Shown: one piece after another, positions 22,401-29,497 of the stretch
Position numbering within the stretch: the stretch's first letter is position 1
Layout: each line of letters begins with the position of its first letter
Assembly: GCA_017511805.1 (NCBI GenBank)
Contig: JAFWJA010000015.1
Span: 323,098-387,097, forward strand
DNA length: 64,000 nt
Source: Bacilli bacterium
GTDB taxonomy: Bacteria; Bacillota_I; Bacilli_A; RF39; UBA660
Reading direction: 5' to 3'
Notes under the pieces: model-generated
Told to the model about the DNA's origin: nothing
What the model saw: only the letters and a program-made list of their open reading frames with translations
Database searches by the model: none
Position numbers and translations under genes: made by a program

Positions 22401-25369
22401 GGATTTTTTGGATTCTCTGTACTTTCTGTCCATCCTACAAAATCATATCCATTTTTAGTAGGATTATTAATTGTTATATCATCACTTAGTATTGTATATT
22501 CTGTTGGATTACTAGCTACTGTTCCTCCATCTAATACATAATCTATTCTATAAGTATCTAAATTATATACTGCGAATAATATGGTTGGTTCAGTAATAAT
22601 AGTACTAAAATCAAATGCTGTACCACCTTGTTCTAAACTCCAATGATTGAATGTATAACCTGTTTTACCTTGGCTTGCAATTGGACTAACTGTTGTTCCC
22701 CAATCTATTTCAATAGAAGTCAATCTATTATCATCATTAAATGTTACTGCTCTTTTTTGTAATTCAAAATTACTATTTAATCTAATATTTTGAGTTATTG
22801 GTGTACTAAAGTTATATGCTGTTGTTTCTCCTTCTAAACTCCAATAAGTAAATGTATGACCTTCTTTTGTAACAGTAGGTGTATCTTCATTAGTTAAAGT
22901 TGTATTATATGCTTTTGATACTGTACTTACTTTAGTACCTTCATTATAGAAATCTACATTATAATAATTTATTTCATAAACACTATATACTGTTAATGGT
23001 CCAGTTAATGGATTACCAAATGTATATTTAGGTCCATCTATTTCTTCACTCCACCATTTAAATGTATAACCTGTTTTAGATACTGTAGGTGGATAAACAA
23101 TACTTCCTGCATCTAAATTTTCATCTCTAATTGTTTCTCCATCATCAATAAATTGAACTCTATATTTTCTTATTTCAAATACTGCATATAAAGTAATATT
23201 ATTTTTAACTGGTGTACTGAAATTATATTCAGAACCACCATCTTCTAAACTCCAGTATTTAAAATCATAATATTGTTTTTCTGGATCAGTTACTGGTTTA
23301 GTAGCGGTATTATTATAATCAACTATTTCTACATCTCCATATTGAGTTCCTTCACTAATATATGTAACATTAAAGTGTTTTATTTCATAAACTGCATATA
23401 ATGTTAAATCTTTAGATAACGGTGAAGTAAAATCATATGCTGAACCATTTGGTGTTTCACTCCATCTTCTAAAGTCATATCCTTCTTTTGATACTTCAAT
23501 TGGATTTATTATTGATCCTGCATCTACTTGTTCATCATAAATAATTGTGTCATCATTTATAAATTTAACGTTATATTTAATTATTTCGAATACTGCATGT
23601 AATGTAATATTATGAGTTATTGGTGTATTAAAATCATATGCTTCTCCATCTTCTTCTAAACTCCAATGATCAAATCTATAATATTCTTTTTCTGGATTAA
23701 TATCTGGAGCAATAGCTTTATTACCATGTTTAACAGTTTGTACTTCTCCAAATACCTCATCACCATTTTTAAAAGTTACCGAATACTCATTTAATTTATA
23801 AACTCCATATAAAGTTAAATTATCTTCTATTTGAGTATCAAAGTCATATGCTACTCCATCTTGCTCAGTACTCCAGTATTCAAATGTTTTACCATCTACT
23901 TCAGGAGCTTCAATATTTTCTGCTGTATCGCCTTTATCAACTTCTAAACTCTCTATTGTTTCTCCTTCAACTATATAATCAACTCTATATTTTTGTACTT
24001 CCGTAAATCCATATAGAATTAAATCTTTATTAACTGGTAAACTAAAATTATATTTATTACTTCTATTTTTATCTGTATACCATCCATCAAATCCTGGTGT
24101 TGTAATAACTGGTTCTTCTATAATATTACCTTCAAGTACTTTTTCTTCTTTATACTTTTGACCATCTAATATATAAACTACTTTTTCATATATTTCTCCT
24201 TTAGTAGTCATTTTATTAATATATGTTTTAGCTGCACTTGTGCTTTCTATTTCAAGAACCAATCCTATTTCTCGTGATTCATTTTTTTCTAATGTAACTC
24301 CTTCAATTGGTCTATAGTAATAAATACCATCTACTTCTTCCCAACCATAATTTCCATCTTTTAGTTTTAATCCTTCGCTAGGTATATCTGATACTTCTTC
24401 TATTGTTCCAGATTTATCACCTGTATTCTTAACAACTAATTTGTATATTATTTCTCCACTAATTGTATTAGCTTTTTTAATTGTTTCTAATACTTCTTCT
24501 CTGTCATCATAAGTATAATTATAAGTTTTTCCATCTAATACTAAATTTAATGAAGTAATATATTTATTAGTTTCTATTTTATATGGTTCAACTTGTCTAA
24601 TAGTAAAATCTTTTTCTGTTCTACCAGAGACATCAGCAGTTTCTCTTTTGATAACTTCATAATTATCTTCATCTACATCTAACTCATAAGAACCTTCTTC
24701 TAAATCAGTAATAACATATTTACCAGATTCATTAGTATATGTTTTTTTAAGTATTTGTCCATTTTGTTTAATTGCAACTTCTATATCTTTAACTGGTAAT
24801 CCATTTTCATCTTTTACAATACCTTCTACTGAATTAGTAGAAACAGTAATTGTATTAGTATTAAGATTAGTATAATTGCCTGTTGCTTCTCTAACACTAA
24901 TTACTGGTGTTATTTCCACTTCATTTGGAGCATTCTCTATAATAAGTTTAAGTTTTATTTTCTTTTCTTGCCCTAATGTTACATCTTGCACTAGAACTTC
25001 TATTTCTTTTCCGTTATCTATTAAAGTGCTTGTTATTTTAGATCCTGTTATGGCTTTGAATCTAGCATATTTAAATTCTTCGTTAGTTAAACTAGCTTTA
25101 ATTATGGCATCTCTTTTTTCTAACCCTTCTATCTCATCTAAAGTAAAACTAACTTCATATTCAACAGTACTATTACCTTTAACAGTATTATCTTCAAGTA
25201 CAGCATCTCCTACACTACCTAATAATTTAGATTCTATATTAGATTTTTTAACACTAACTAATCCACTATATTTATCTATTTTATTAGTAGTTGAAAGAGC
25301 AACTATTGTCAAAAATAGCACTACTATAAGTAACAGTGAAATATACTTTTTTCTCTTGATTTTTTCCAT
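10391..25369 (-). CDS. Giant (~4990 aa) secreted, membrane-anchored multidomain surface protein (putative adhesin). Order of parts: signal peptide; CarboxypepD-reg/SdrD-B-like Ig domain; about 12 Listeria-Bacteroides (flg_new) repeats; an FN3/Ig-like segment; three ~190-aa jelly-roll-like modules; a LamG/ConA-like lectin domain; many right-handed parallel beta-helix units; a C-terminal TM anchor.
   Basis: Single 15-kb uninterrupted ORF. Likely true start is ATG 25369 (MEKIKRKKYISLLLIVVLFL, AGGAAG RBS) rather than the track GTG at 25378. Domain calls rest on motifs: GYTFxGW / TLYAVYE repeats, GDT(L/I)xLL starts of beta-helix units, and NxGTLT(I/V)xN rungs. Confidence 0.85.
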   Translation of the reverse strand: MEKIKRKKYISLLLIVVLFLTIVALSTTNKIDKYSGLVSVKKSNIESKLLGSVGDAVLEDNTVKGNSTVEYEVSFTLDEIEGLEKRDAIIKASLTNEEFKYARFKAITGSKITSTLIDNGKEIEVLVQDVTLGQEKKIKLKLIIENAPNEVEITPVISVREATGNYTNLNTNTITVSTNSVEGIVKDENGLPVKDIEVAIKQNGQILKKTYTNESGKYVITDLEEGSYELDVDEDNYEVIKRETADVSGRTEKDFTIRQVEPYKIETNKYITSLNLVLDGKTYNYTYDDREEVLETIKKANTISGEIIYKLVVKNTGDKSGTIEEVSDIPSEGLKLKDGNYGWEEVDGIYYYRPIEGVTLEKNESREIGLVLEIESTSAAKTYINKMTTKGEIYEKVVYILDGQKYKEEKVLEGNIIEEPVITTPGFDGWYTDKNRSNKYNFSLPVNKDLILYGFTEVQKYRVDYIVEGETIESLEVDKGDTAENIEAPEVDGKTFEYWSTEQDGVAYDFDTQIEDNLTLYGVYKLNEYSVTFKNGDEVFGEVQTVKHGNKAIAPDINPEKEYYRFDHWSLEEDGEAYDFNTPITHNITLHAVFEIIKYNVKFINDDTIIYDEQVDAGSIINPIEVSKEGYDFRRWSETPNGSAYDFTSPLSKDLTLYAVYEIKHFNVTYISEGTQYGDVEIVDYNNTATKPVTDPEKQYYDFKYWSLEDGGSEYNFSTPVKNNITLYAVFEIRKYRVQFIDDGETIRDENLDAGSIVYPPTVSKTGYTFKWWSEEIDGPKYTFGNPLTGPLTVYSVYEINYYNVDFYNEGTKVSTVSKAYNTTLTNEDTPTVTKEGHTFTYWSLEGETTAYNFSTPITQNIRLNSNFELQKRAVTFNDDNRLTSIEIDWGTTVSPIASQGKTGYTFNHWSLEQGGTAFDFSTIITEPTILFAVYNLDTYRIDYVLDGGTVASNPTEYTILSDDITINNPTKNGYDFVGWTESTENPKNPFIIEHGSTGNKTLTAHYTPTEYRIDYVYNGGSLAEGVTNPNKYYITSDTIIINNPSKTGYTFVGWNDGTNTNNPYVLNAGSTGNKTLTAVFTADEYRIDYVLDGGTVTSNPDKYTIESPDITINNPSKTGYTFVGWTESTENPKNPFIIEHGSTGNKTLTAHYTPIEYGISYNYNGGTLPEGVTNPNKYTIESPDITINNPSKTGYTFIGWNDGTNTNNPYVISTGTTGTISLEAIYQINQYTVTFMDGENQFGEIEKVDYNNTATEPETSPSKTGYTFSHWSLTENGPAYNFNTPITDNIILHSVYTINSYTVTFMNGDVPFAIDHVDYNDTVSAPANIPTKAHNIFLNWTLNNEPYIFSTPVTSDLTLYSSFELVETPSISHTPTTWVRDNVTVTITSEHQDYTYYYNIDGGQNVLYTVPFVVSDNSVVNAYSVKSSISSEETSHDIDNIDKINPTIVSLTNTEITPITATIKINIKDDESGLKTYKVYNNGVLVYTRQNIVADTHELEEEYTVTNLEELNDYTITIEVYDNVDRVSSDSIAITTPPKHYVCRTLDSNDQEIKKYESIGEALESTDCTTSCHIQMIDNTEESNDILVGQSVLLDINGKTITGTESTAFNNFYKLQVIDTAETPGKIYSSGVGIYNASGATLIVGHDERPAPQEVSTLAPVVEGAVYGIQSDGTLNFYDGRIIGITTSVLGNVDDTPYLYNTTVKSDLIPGKEVEILVQLAEAEARIRSTYYTKVQGATDDSKNGSYEDVDYTKPLIEQVRSDSEYRFIYDESTGKLQNTNNNRYRDYSNNTTALAGTTAHSYIKIDLTNYEEPQMLTINAEQDAYYYYYCYSGCTNNSNYGYVYITDSPDMPDITSDENLMFKIEASKAATDYTKLLENGKEYYVHFLFHIKTQVDYYKPELFSINDIYIGKYKPTYLSDLQDATLFSDTGYPFVKNENNELYNSNSRIDRSSAHSFMVIDLTNVSEQKYLLMKARVNSSGGYSYGYVTVKNNSDMPSMNDKEGRAIYISGNIGDKYYPVKLIPNEINYIHLCYARTGTGASNPDSFIISSIETAKNSFDYESVDVTQNGDYYFVPNGAGGYENNNAWVDYSTAHSYFEYDLTNVAEDLDLNFNLTISSESNCDIGYITVTDNPTAPEYDNTTGRFVYLSGESSGNYTVTLTAGRINYVHIGYRKDSSIGRGNDKFTINYIGSIDSYGEEYPVEELDDITRVTTATYNVPVLNQDVDTVQILRNITLTNPLEIVPTRDVVLDLNGYTLTTSKDDYVIKNNGSLKIIDSKYEDDLVHSDADYNRDLIRYEQEYQRITSAAEECVSDLQEQYDEEYDEAYQIYIAGGGNPDAHTMNVESLDTNFTITNASGYSNNPVSVVRSYANTMTSVVYKETINSASYGSVTGNITTYDDYVGGDMGDVYIGFSTSDENRYDDFVTYEKFDIDTPSGKSYDYSVETPDEPGDYYFKMIVYHGPSPSAYTVGCSLNSITFNSKNPIRKNASEKTIENANNIYSISDYNNKNLLAFFDGLNPGDTENVWEDISSNGNNFSLQDVTYKDNGMYFNGSNSYATINTPIVTGNNETVELLIKPLNTNNQVIYLGDSSEKIEFGVYSGYIIVGTTSTYTFNLPSDYADGRIKHIAITYDNDDYEVYYNGTKLEKRSNKDYWGTLSNTRLGRDGGSGSNYNGYIYGIKIYDRTLKTDEIELNYNVDVARYNFNEFIHQHAIKIDAIPTGNVSSTTNSVIFNNFDAKLDIESGIISLDKAGSYNVITNKGILTIGEYGILKGLKDSNRGIYNTESGDIIEGSGTIAMYSSNNIGILNDGVNEDEIKGYKLENTSSNSKNVHNRSINDLVLNNITSNGQGLDIYQDTNNNLTVKNSRLNSIANESFYSNQSSVVSTITFDNSIINDRIYNRSGSYRKIIVKDSTMGGTRGSNIYNYDGEVDITGSNLTHTEWNVENYGIVNISDSTFNANHHSITNGYDDYYAPCRGTMNMENTDVITAGTSNTNTIYNYGTMNIDGGSITNNNTNSTGVFSGSCYYNNNAPELTIKGDFSTNENYTTGVSINYGKLTVGDNEDSVSETSPLIQATNNAIAINYSKNTIPEFNYYDGKMVGKVNNSINGHITDVPDNYDLYVTKGDTLESVVLKPIDYEPTGDEYVARIGDTKYSTLQGAINAVPNNQETEIVLLKDIEAANTIDVNENKIININMDNHFIKLYNEESGLVNNGSLNIYNGELNDDTYIVGYSKKVIINNGTLTYDMIKSYQLKTYQNLIENNGTLNIDNSNVYTSIGYDYNMTTEIINNKGTMNITDSDIYSGSTQIIRNSGTMTMNNGKLMTTAWISSGGYTKDILITNEATGLVTLNNVYFEKEDGNRETGGLENYGTIYVNGGRANLKDYLSNNGNRYPSLFAYNRENGNIYITDTVIVSSRGYIIKNSGYAKIDNITSDCWNGFENYGTMEIVDSTIQTVNSGTSSNSGTLTVTNSTIKGDPTALSSSGNLTVTDSDIISTRSPGSYDDRIAALSLSGSGTTNVTGSTLTGKYGIISSSSGTTTLDNNIITGNSQNGIQFTGDGTLNVKDNTIEGVLNGIYNTGAGTINIGVSDGTVSKTNPSIKGNNGLNNTNVNATINMYDGLLIGTTALNGALANIESGYSIILENVDGLEHKYLDKVYTVENTRTHEQYYSIQEGIDNATNGDTLKLLRELTVTNSEPSITVGSSKEVILDLDGYKISAGNSLLFENDGNFTITSSKVDETSGDIIPGYIESAGSKVIDNGNNITLSNLDIKKISNNSTDMIYNSGTMNTDNIKVYTGIDGMSSWIIYNDGTLISNDSHYLTYNTKIIYNTGTITSTSDEIKVTKEDHYDSKINMIYNEATGIMTFTDIDFRHMSRYYPNNSDSYLYYGIVNYGEVNLNGGTVREDGSRGYWGDIHASLFLENKLNAVANIDGTSFVGSNGIIAHNYGTIDINNITSSFDSAIVNYSGAIATMTNSNLTSISRYSLENNGTLTIDNTSITSSGTTITNTADATITNSTLTSTSTSSSANNISNSGTGTLTIDQNTSIIGQIGIGSAGTGNINILSTDIDASNYGINNSGSGTITLGVHADGTVSKTNPIIKGNNVGLNNTNNNATINFYDGLLIGNTAHSGSITNLEDNYEIINETVDGLENEYLDRTYVMQNITKSTQDKYYTIQEAIDDASNGDTLLLLRKASVLPNENAVVVGSTKDITIDLNGYLITTNNSLFLTNNGKLTMTDNTKTSDSVGTGGITSNISKIFENNGTLTFEGGTYLKTLDYTTNNLLVNTGKVVINNGKLTMSNSLFGANLIENTNEIEINGGEVSTYVETAFNSTGKIKITGGVVKKNSETCYDYNIAPHYFNDPLIYSSSTGEITITGGELTGIERVNDSLAYTGGVIFSDGILNISGGTFLEKGDTSWSSRNTGSIVRNGVNGNATITGGTFNGGISGIINNNGTATITNITSTYEAVAYNSGTLTLDNCTFNNISNFVLNYGYNSPYNNINSGGIINTGDLTIIGGSYTGSTLIINNYGDMDISGTTIQGSSGISNNGSGTTTISSLDITASGTAIGVSGSNNVTVNTVNINSATTVSSSGGSIELNSVTANNTSTIFSNTGSGTITSNNGTYITTSGNVLNNTSSGTTNIKSGTYTTSDGDAIYNTSTGIINIGEQGGTPSITDPYILGTGYGINNTNNSANIYFYDGIISGRTGSVIGTIKDVEPGYKEVRNPNTIDDIPYTSSTLAPLGEEDVVVVVNNTNFASLQSAVNYAVANSIATISLQKDYALEADLIKPSGIDVNIYTNGHTLTTTGYNVSAGINIVNDQAPSGLGGAIYKFLANITGTETNPKNIIIYQMEDGTSLRDDKYYKLYELSDGSYNIVNFDEDTIGNYSKGSGQEKIYTLSGKLYLYGLGPGQYKLVGQDNKEIDFEIYENSVSDNILLNNNTKVTRTAETYATLILTFGTGLIRNNYIVLILLLIVIVLGLVAIKKKREE
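10394..10516 (-). other. C-terminal membrane anchor of the giant protein: a hydrophobic helix plus a KKKREE tail, with no LPXTG-type motif.
   Basis: ...TRTAETYATLILTFGTGLIRNNYIVLILLLIVIVLGLVAIKKKREE*. Confidence 0.5.
17263..17881 (-). other. LamG / concanavalin-A-like lectin domain inside the giant protein.
   Basis: ...NGSNSYATINTPIVTGNNETVELLIKPLNTNNQVIYLGDSSEKIEFGVYSGYIIVG...YYNGTKLEKRSNKDYWGTLSNTRLGRDGGSGSNYNGYIYGIKIYDRTLKTDEIELNY. Confidence 0.5.
18778..20101 (-). repeat. Three consecutive ~190-aa modules: (S/T)AHS(Y/F)..(I/Y)DLTN ... GGYSYGY(V/I)T(V/I) ... DMP / NPTAPEYD.
   Basis: Residues ~1760-2200 of the giant protein. They share the core KY(L/K)LxxxxxxxxGGYSYG with the N-terminal part of the glycine-rich modules of the second giant protein. 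Confidence 0.45.
21268..24121 (-). repeat. Block of about 12 Listeria-Bacteroides (flg_new, ~70-aa) repeats inside the giant protein.
   Basis: Repeating ...Y.V.F...G......V..G......P....K.GYTF.GW.........YDF.TP.T.N.TLYAV(Y/F)E... Confidence 0.6.
21690..22560 (-). repeat. Recent tandem duplication (~440-bp period, near-identical DNA) within the flg_new block.
   Basis: Protein segment RIDYVLDGGTV(A/T)SNP...GYTFVGWTESTENPKNPFIIEHGSTGNKTLTAHYTP plus its partner unit occurs twice. The DNA at ~21937-22060 and ~22357-22480 is almost identical. Confidence 0.6.
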
Positions 25370-25466
25370 AACAAACACTTCCTATTTTCTATTATTTATT
25401 CTTATAATAATTATAACATTTTAGTAATAAAAATAAAAGAAAAAAAGTACATTTTTTTGTACTTTT

Positions 25467-25796
25467 TTATACTTCAATAAATGGTTCAAAAAGACCATAT
25501 CCAAAATAATATACTAATACTGTTGTTACAACCCATCCAATGATTAAAGCAAGTTGAATCATAAGTATTTTATCTTTCTTTTTAACAACTGTTTTTTGAC
25601 TACTTTGTTGTTCTTCTTCCATAATCAAATCTTGCATTGAAATAACATTTGCTTGATCAGGAACAGTTTGATTTACTTGTGTAGGAGTAGATATATTTTG
25701 TGTTGGAACTACATATGAAGTAGTTGTATTAGTAGGTATTGTTACTTGTTGTTGATTCTGTTCACTACCAAAAATATCTGCCATAGTATCATCCAT
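25467..25796 (-). CDS. Small Gln/Thr-rich protein with a C-terminal TM helix; hypothetical.
   Basis: 109-aa ORF downstream of hemW on the same strand. C-terminal ILMIQLALIIGWVVTTVLVYYFGYGLF. Confidence 0.45.
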   Translation of the reverse strand: MDDTMADIFGSEQNQQQVTIPTNTTTSYVVPTQNISTPTQVNQTVPDQANVISMQDLIMEEEQQSSQKTVVKKKDKILMIQLALIIGWVVTTVLVYYFGYGLFEPFIEV

Positions 25797-25853
25797 GATA
25801 TCCCTCCTATCATAAAAATAATTATACTTTATAATTAATCATTTTTCAATAAC

Positions 25854-26927
25854 TCATACAAAATTAATTAAAATTTCATTAGAAATATACAGATACTTTT
25901 CATTTATAAAAATATAATCATCATTTATAATTAGTTTTTCTTCTTTAACTAAATCTTTTATATTAAATAGTTCTAGTATATCTTTATTATATTTCTTTTT
26001 AAAGTCTGATATATTTATACCTTTAATTTTTCTAAAACCTAGTATTAATTCTAATCTTATTTTTTCATCCAAATCTATTTTTTCTGACTCTTTATTATAA
26101 ATCTTATTTAAATAGTTAATTATGTTTTTAGAATTATTGTATCTATAATTTTCTATATAAGAAGATGCACCACATCCAAAACCATAGTATTCTTCATTAT
26201 TCCAATATGTTAAATTATGTTTTGATTCATAACCCGGTTTAGCATAATTACTTATTTCATAATGATTATAACCAGTTAATTTATTATTTATTAACTGATA
26301 CATATCATAATCTAAATCTTCATCAATTGGTTTAAAATGCATATTATTTAGTTTAGTATGTTCTTCAATTATAAGTGAATAACAAGATATATGAGGTATA
26401 TCTAGTTTTAAATATTTATCTAAATCTTCTTTTAAATCACTAAGTGATTGATTAGGAAGTGCATAAATAAGATCTATATTAATATTATCAAAGTACTTTT
26501 TAGTAAGTAGAATCTTTTCTTCAATATTTACTTTAACATTACGTTCTAAAAGAGATAAATAACTCTTATTAAAAGACTGTACACCTATACTAATTCTATT
26601 AACATTATATTTTTTACATAGTTCTAGTTTTTGGGAAGTTATATCTTCTATATTAAATTCTATTGTATATTCATAACCTGGTTTCAATTTAAAAATTGAA
26701 CATATTTCTAATAGTTTTTCTAATTCATCACACGACAAAGAAGATGGTGTTCCACCACCTATATAAGTAGTTTCTAGTTCTTCATTTTTATAATCTAAAT
26801 CTATTTCATTTTTAAGTGAATCTAAGTATTTTAAAACCCAATCTTTGTTATATATAAACTTACAAAAATCACAGTAAGAACATATATGTTTACAAAAAGG
26901 AATATGTATATAAGCACTTTTTACCAT
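25854..26927 (-). CDS. hemW: Radical-SAM heme chaperone HemW (oxygen-independent coproporphyrinogen-III-oxidase-like, HemN family).
   Basis: CxxxCxxC radical-SAM motif in IHIPFCKHICSYCDFC. ~357 aa, the short HemW type. Conserved lepA-hemW adjacency. Confidence 0.85.
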   Translation of the reverse strand: MVKSAYIHIPFCKHICSYCDFCKFIYNKDWVLKYLDSLKNEIDLDYKNEELETTYIGGGTPSSLSCDELEKLLEICSIFKLKPGYEYTIEFNIEDITSQKLELCKKYNVNRISIGVQSFNKSYLSLLERNVKVNIEEKILLTKKYFDNINIDLIYALPNQSLSDLKEDLDKYLKLDIPHISCYSLIIEEHTKLNNMHFKPIDEDLDYDMYQLINNKLTGYNHYEISNYAKPGYESKHNLTYWNNEEYYGFGCGASSYIENYRYNNSKNIINYLNKIYNKESEKIDLDEKIRLELILGFRKIKGINISDFKKKYNKDILELFNIKDLVKEEKLIINDDYIFINEKYLYISNEILINFV

Positions 26928-26934
26928 ATAACAC

Positions 26935-28719
26935 CTACTTATTTATACTTAGTATTTCTAGGAATGCATCACCAGGTACATCTACTTGACCAATAGTCTT
27001 CATCTTCTTTTTACCTTCTTTTTGTTTTTCAAGAAGTTTCTTCTTTCTACTTATATCTCCACCATAACATTTAGCAAGTACATCTTTTCTCATTGCTTTA
27101 ATATTTTCTCTTGCAATAACTTTATTACCAATTGAAGCTTGTACTGGTACTTCAAATAATTGTCTAGGTATTATTTCTCTTAATTTAGATACTAAGTTTT
27201 TACCTATATTATAAGCAAAATCTTTATGTACAATCATAGATAAAGCATCAACTGGTTCACCATTAAGAAGAATATCCATTTTAACAAGATTACTTGTTCT
27301 ATAACCTATTAGATCATAGTCAAATGATGCATATCCTTTTGTTACCGATTTTAACTTGTCAAAGAAGTCATACATGATCTCGGATAATGGTAATTCATAG
27401 TGAATATTAACTCTTGTTTTATTAATGTATTCCATGTTAACAAAAGTACCTCTTTTATTTTCACATAGTTCCATTATAGGACCTATATACTCTGTTGGTA
27501 CAAAGATACTTGTTTTAATATATGGTTCTTCTATATGGTCTATTACTTCTTTTTCTGGCATATTAGAAGGATTATCTACTTCAACCATAGTTCTATTAGT
27601 TAGATAAACATTATATATAACTGATGGTGAAGTTAGAATTATATTAATATTAAATTCTCTTTCTATTCTTTCTTTTATGATGTCCATGTGTAGTAGACCA
27701 AGGAACCCACATCTAAAACCAAAACCTAGAGCTTTACTAGTTTCTGGTGAAAACATAAGTGATGCATCGTTTAGTTTTAACTTTTCTAGTGCGTCTCTTA
27801 AATCATTATATTCATTTGTTTCTAAAGGATATATACCACTAAATACCATTGATTTCATTGGTACATAACCCTTTAATGCTTCAGTCGCTGGATCATTATC
27901 TAATGTAATAGTATCTCCTATTTTTATATCAGATATATTTTTAATAGATGCGCATAAATAACCTACTTGACCAGAAGTAAGTTCATTTACTTTAGTTATT
28001 TTAGGATTAGAATAACCTATTTCTACTACATCATATACTGAATTAGTAGACATAAATCTAATCTTATCTCCTACTTTTATTTTTCCATCTACTATTCTAA
28101 TTTGTACTACTACACCTCTATATGAATCAAAAGCACTATCAAAAATAAGGGCTTTTAACTTACTATTCTCTTCTCCACTAGGACTAGGTATCTTCTCTAT
28201 AATTCTATCAAGCAATATATCTACACCTTCACCAGTTTTACCTGAAGTATATATAATCTCTTCTTCGGTAAAACCAAATGTATCTATAAGTTCAGATGAT
28301 ACTTTTTCTTTATCAGCATTAGGTAAATCTATTTTGTTTACAACAGGTATTACTTCTAAATCATTTTCTAAAGCAAGATAATAATTTGCAATAGTTTGAG
28401 CTTCTATTCCTTGAGTTGCATCTACTAAAAGAATAGCACCTTCACAAGCCGCTAATGATCTAGATACTTCATAAGAAAAATCCACATGACCAGGAGTATC
28501 TATCAAATTAAAAGTATAACCTTTATATTCTAATTTAACTGCATTCATCTTAATAGTAATTCCTCTTTCTTGTTCAAGTTCCATACTATCAAGCATTTGA
28601 GATTTTAATTCTCTTTTAGATACCGCACCAGTTAATTCTAGAATACGATCTGCGATTGTACTTTTTCCATGATCTATATGCGCAATTATTGCAAAATTTC
28701 TAATTTTTTCTTGATTCAT
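26935..28719 (-). CDS. lepA: Translation elongation factor 4 (LepA).
   Basis: [25 protein letters not shown]-domain motifs. 594 aa. Confidence 0.95.
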   Translation of the reverse strand: MNQEKIRNFAIIAHIDHGKSTIADRILELTGAVSKRELKSQMLDSMELEQERGITIKMNAVKLEYKGYTFNLIDTPGHVDFSYEVSRSLAACEGAILLVDATQGIEAQTIANYYLALENDLEVIPVVNKIDLPNADKEKVSSELIDTFGFTEEEIIYTSGKTGEGVDILLDRIIEKIPSPSGEENSKLKALIFDSAFDSYRGVVVQIRIVDGKIKVGDKIRFMSTNSVYDVVEIGYSNPKITKVNELTSGQVGYLCASIKNISDIKIGDTITLDNDPATEALKGYVPMKSMVFSGIYPLETNEYNDLRDALEKLKLNDASLMFSPETSKALGFGFRCGFLGLLHMDIIKERIEREFNINIILTSPSVIYNVYLTNRTMVEVDNPSNMPEKEVIDHIEEPYIKTSIFVPTEYIGPIMELCENKRGTFVNMEYINKTRVNIHYELPLSEIMYDFFDKLKSVTKGYASFDYDLIGYRTSNLVKMDILLNGEPVDALSMIVHKDFAYNIGKNLVSKLREIIPRQLFEVPVQASIGNKVIARENIKAMRKDVLAKCYGGDISRKKKLLEKQKEGKKKMKTIGQVDVPGDAFLEILSINK

Positions 28720-28825
28720 AATAACACCTTTTTCTTTAAATATTATACAATAAATTTTACATATTTTAAAATAATAATTGATAGTTAGTAAAAATATGTG
28801 TTAACATATAATAAAGGAGGATAAT

Positions 28826-29152
28826 ATGAATAATAAATTAAAAATTGGTGGTATTGTATTAATTGGTATATTAATTCTTACTTTTTATGTAATTTATATG
28901 TTAGGTAGTTATGGTCCTGATAGTGTTGGATATAATAAAAAAGAAATGGAAGAAGATCAAATTTCTATTGAAGATAATGGAACTATTATTTATGCTAAAA
29001 AGAAAGATACTGGAACAGGTGGAATGGAAACATACATAGGTGACGGTTATACAATAATAGTATTACATGGAGGAGATATAATTAACTACTCTATTTATGT
29101 AAAAGATGAAAAAGTATGGACTTATGACAAAACTTATCCTTTAACTAATTAA
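28826..29152 (+). CDS. Small membrane-anchored hypothetical protein.
   Basis: AAGGAGG RBS. N-terminal TM (IGGIVLIGILILTFYVIYMLG). Confidence 0.5.
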   Translation: MNNKLKIGGIVLIGILILTFYVIYMLGSYGPDSVGYNKKEMEEDQISIEDNGTIIYAKKKDTGTGGMETYIGDGYTIIVLHGGDIINYSIYVKDEKVWTYDKTYPLTN

Positions 29153-29178
29153 AAAACAAACTATAAGTTTGTTTTTTT
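29153..29178. terminator. Bidirectional terminator hairpin AACAAACT-ata-AGTTTGTT flanked by A and T runs.
   Basis: Perfect 8-bp stem between convergent genes 28826-29152 (+) and 29177-29497 (-). Confidence 0.5.
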
Positions 29179-29497
29179 AATTTATCATTTTTTCTATTGC
29201 GTTAAATCCTTTTTTTATTACTAAGTTTACTGTACCATATAAAAAATCAGAAATACCATCTCCAATTTTAGTTATTCTATTACTATAATCTTTTGATGTA
29301 TCAGTTATATAATCTTTTACATTTATATCTTTTCCCTCTGATACATCTTTTTCAAATTCTTTTATTTTTTCTTCAGTAAACATTACTTTTTGACTATTTT
29401 GATACTCATAATAACCAGTTGAGCTAGCAGTTAATATTACTAAAAAAGAAACGAATAATATTAAAAAAATACCTGTTAATATTTTCTTATATTTCAT
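29177..29497 (-). CDS. Small membrane-anchored hypothetical protein. Its start overlaps the stop of the upstream SpoIIP-like gene by 4 nt.
   Basis: N-terminal TM (ILTGIFLILFVSFLVILTASS). Overlap at 29494-29497. Confidence 0.45.
   Translation of the reverse strand: MKYKKILTGIFLILFVSFLVILTASSTGYYEYQNSQKVMFTEEKIKEFEKDVSEGKDINVKDYITDTSKDYSNRITKIGDGISDFLYGTVNLVIKKGFNAIEKMIN

Noticed and set aside
25378-25378. Track start (GTG, MFVMEK...) of the giant gene, and TTG start at 351 of the ClpB-like gene.
   Set aside because: The ORF track extends to the farthest alternative start codon. ATG 25369 (AGGAAG RBS, MEKIKRKK...) and ATG 414 (AGAGG RBS) are the more plausible initiation sites.
25436-25466. 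AAAAAAGTAC-attttttt-GTACTTTTTT hairpin downstream of 25467-25796, considered as a terminator for the lepA-hemW operon.
   Set aside because: The stem is almost entirely A:T with the T-run forming part of the stem. It is too weak to call confidently. It may still function in this AT-rich genome.
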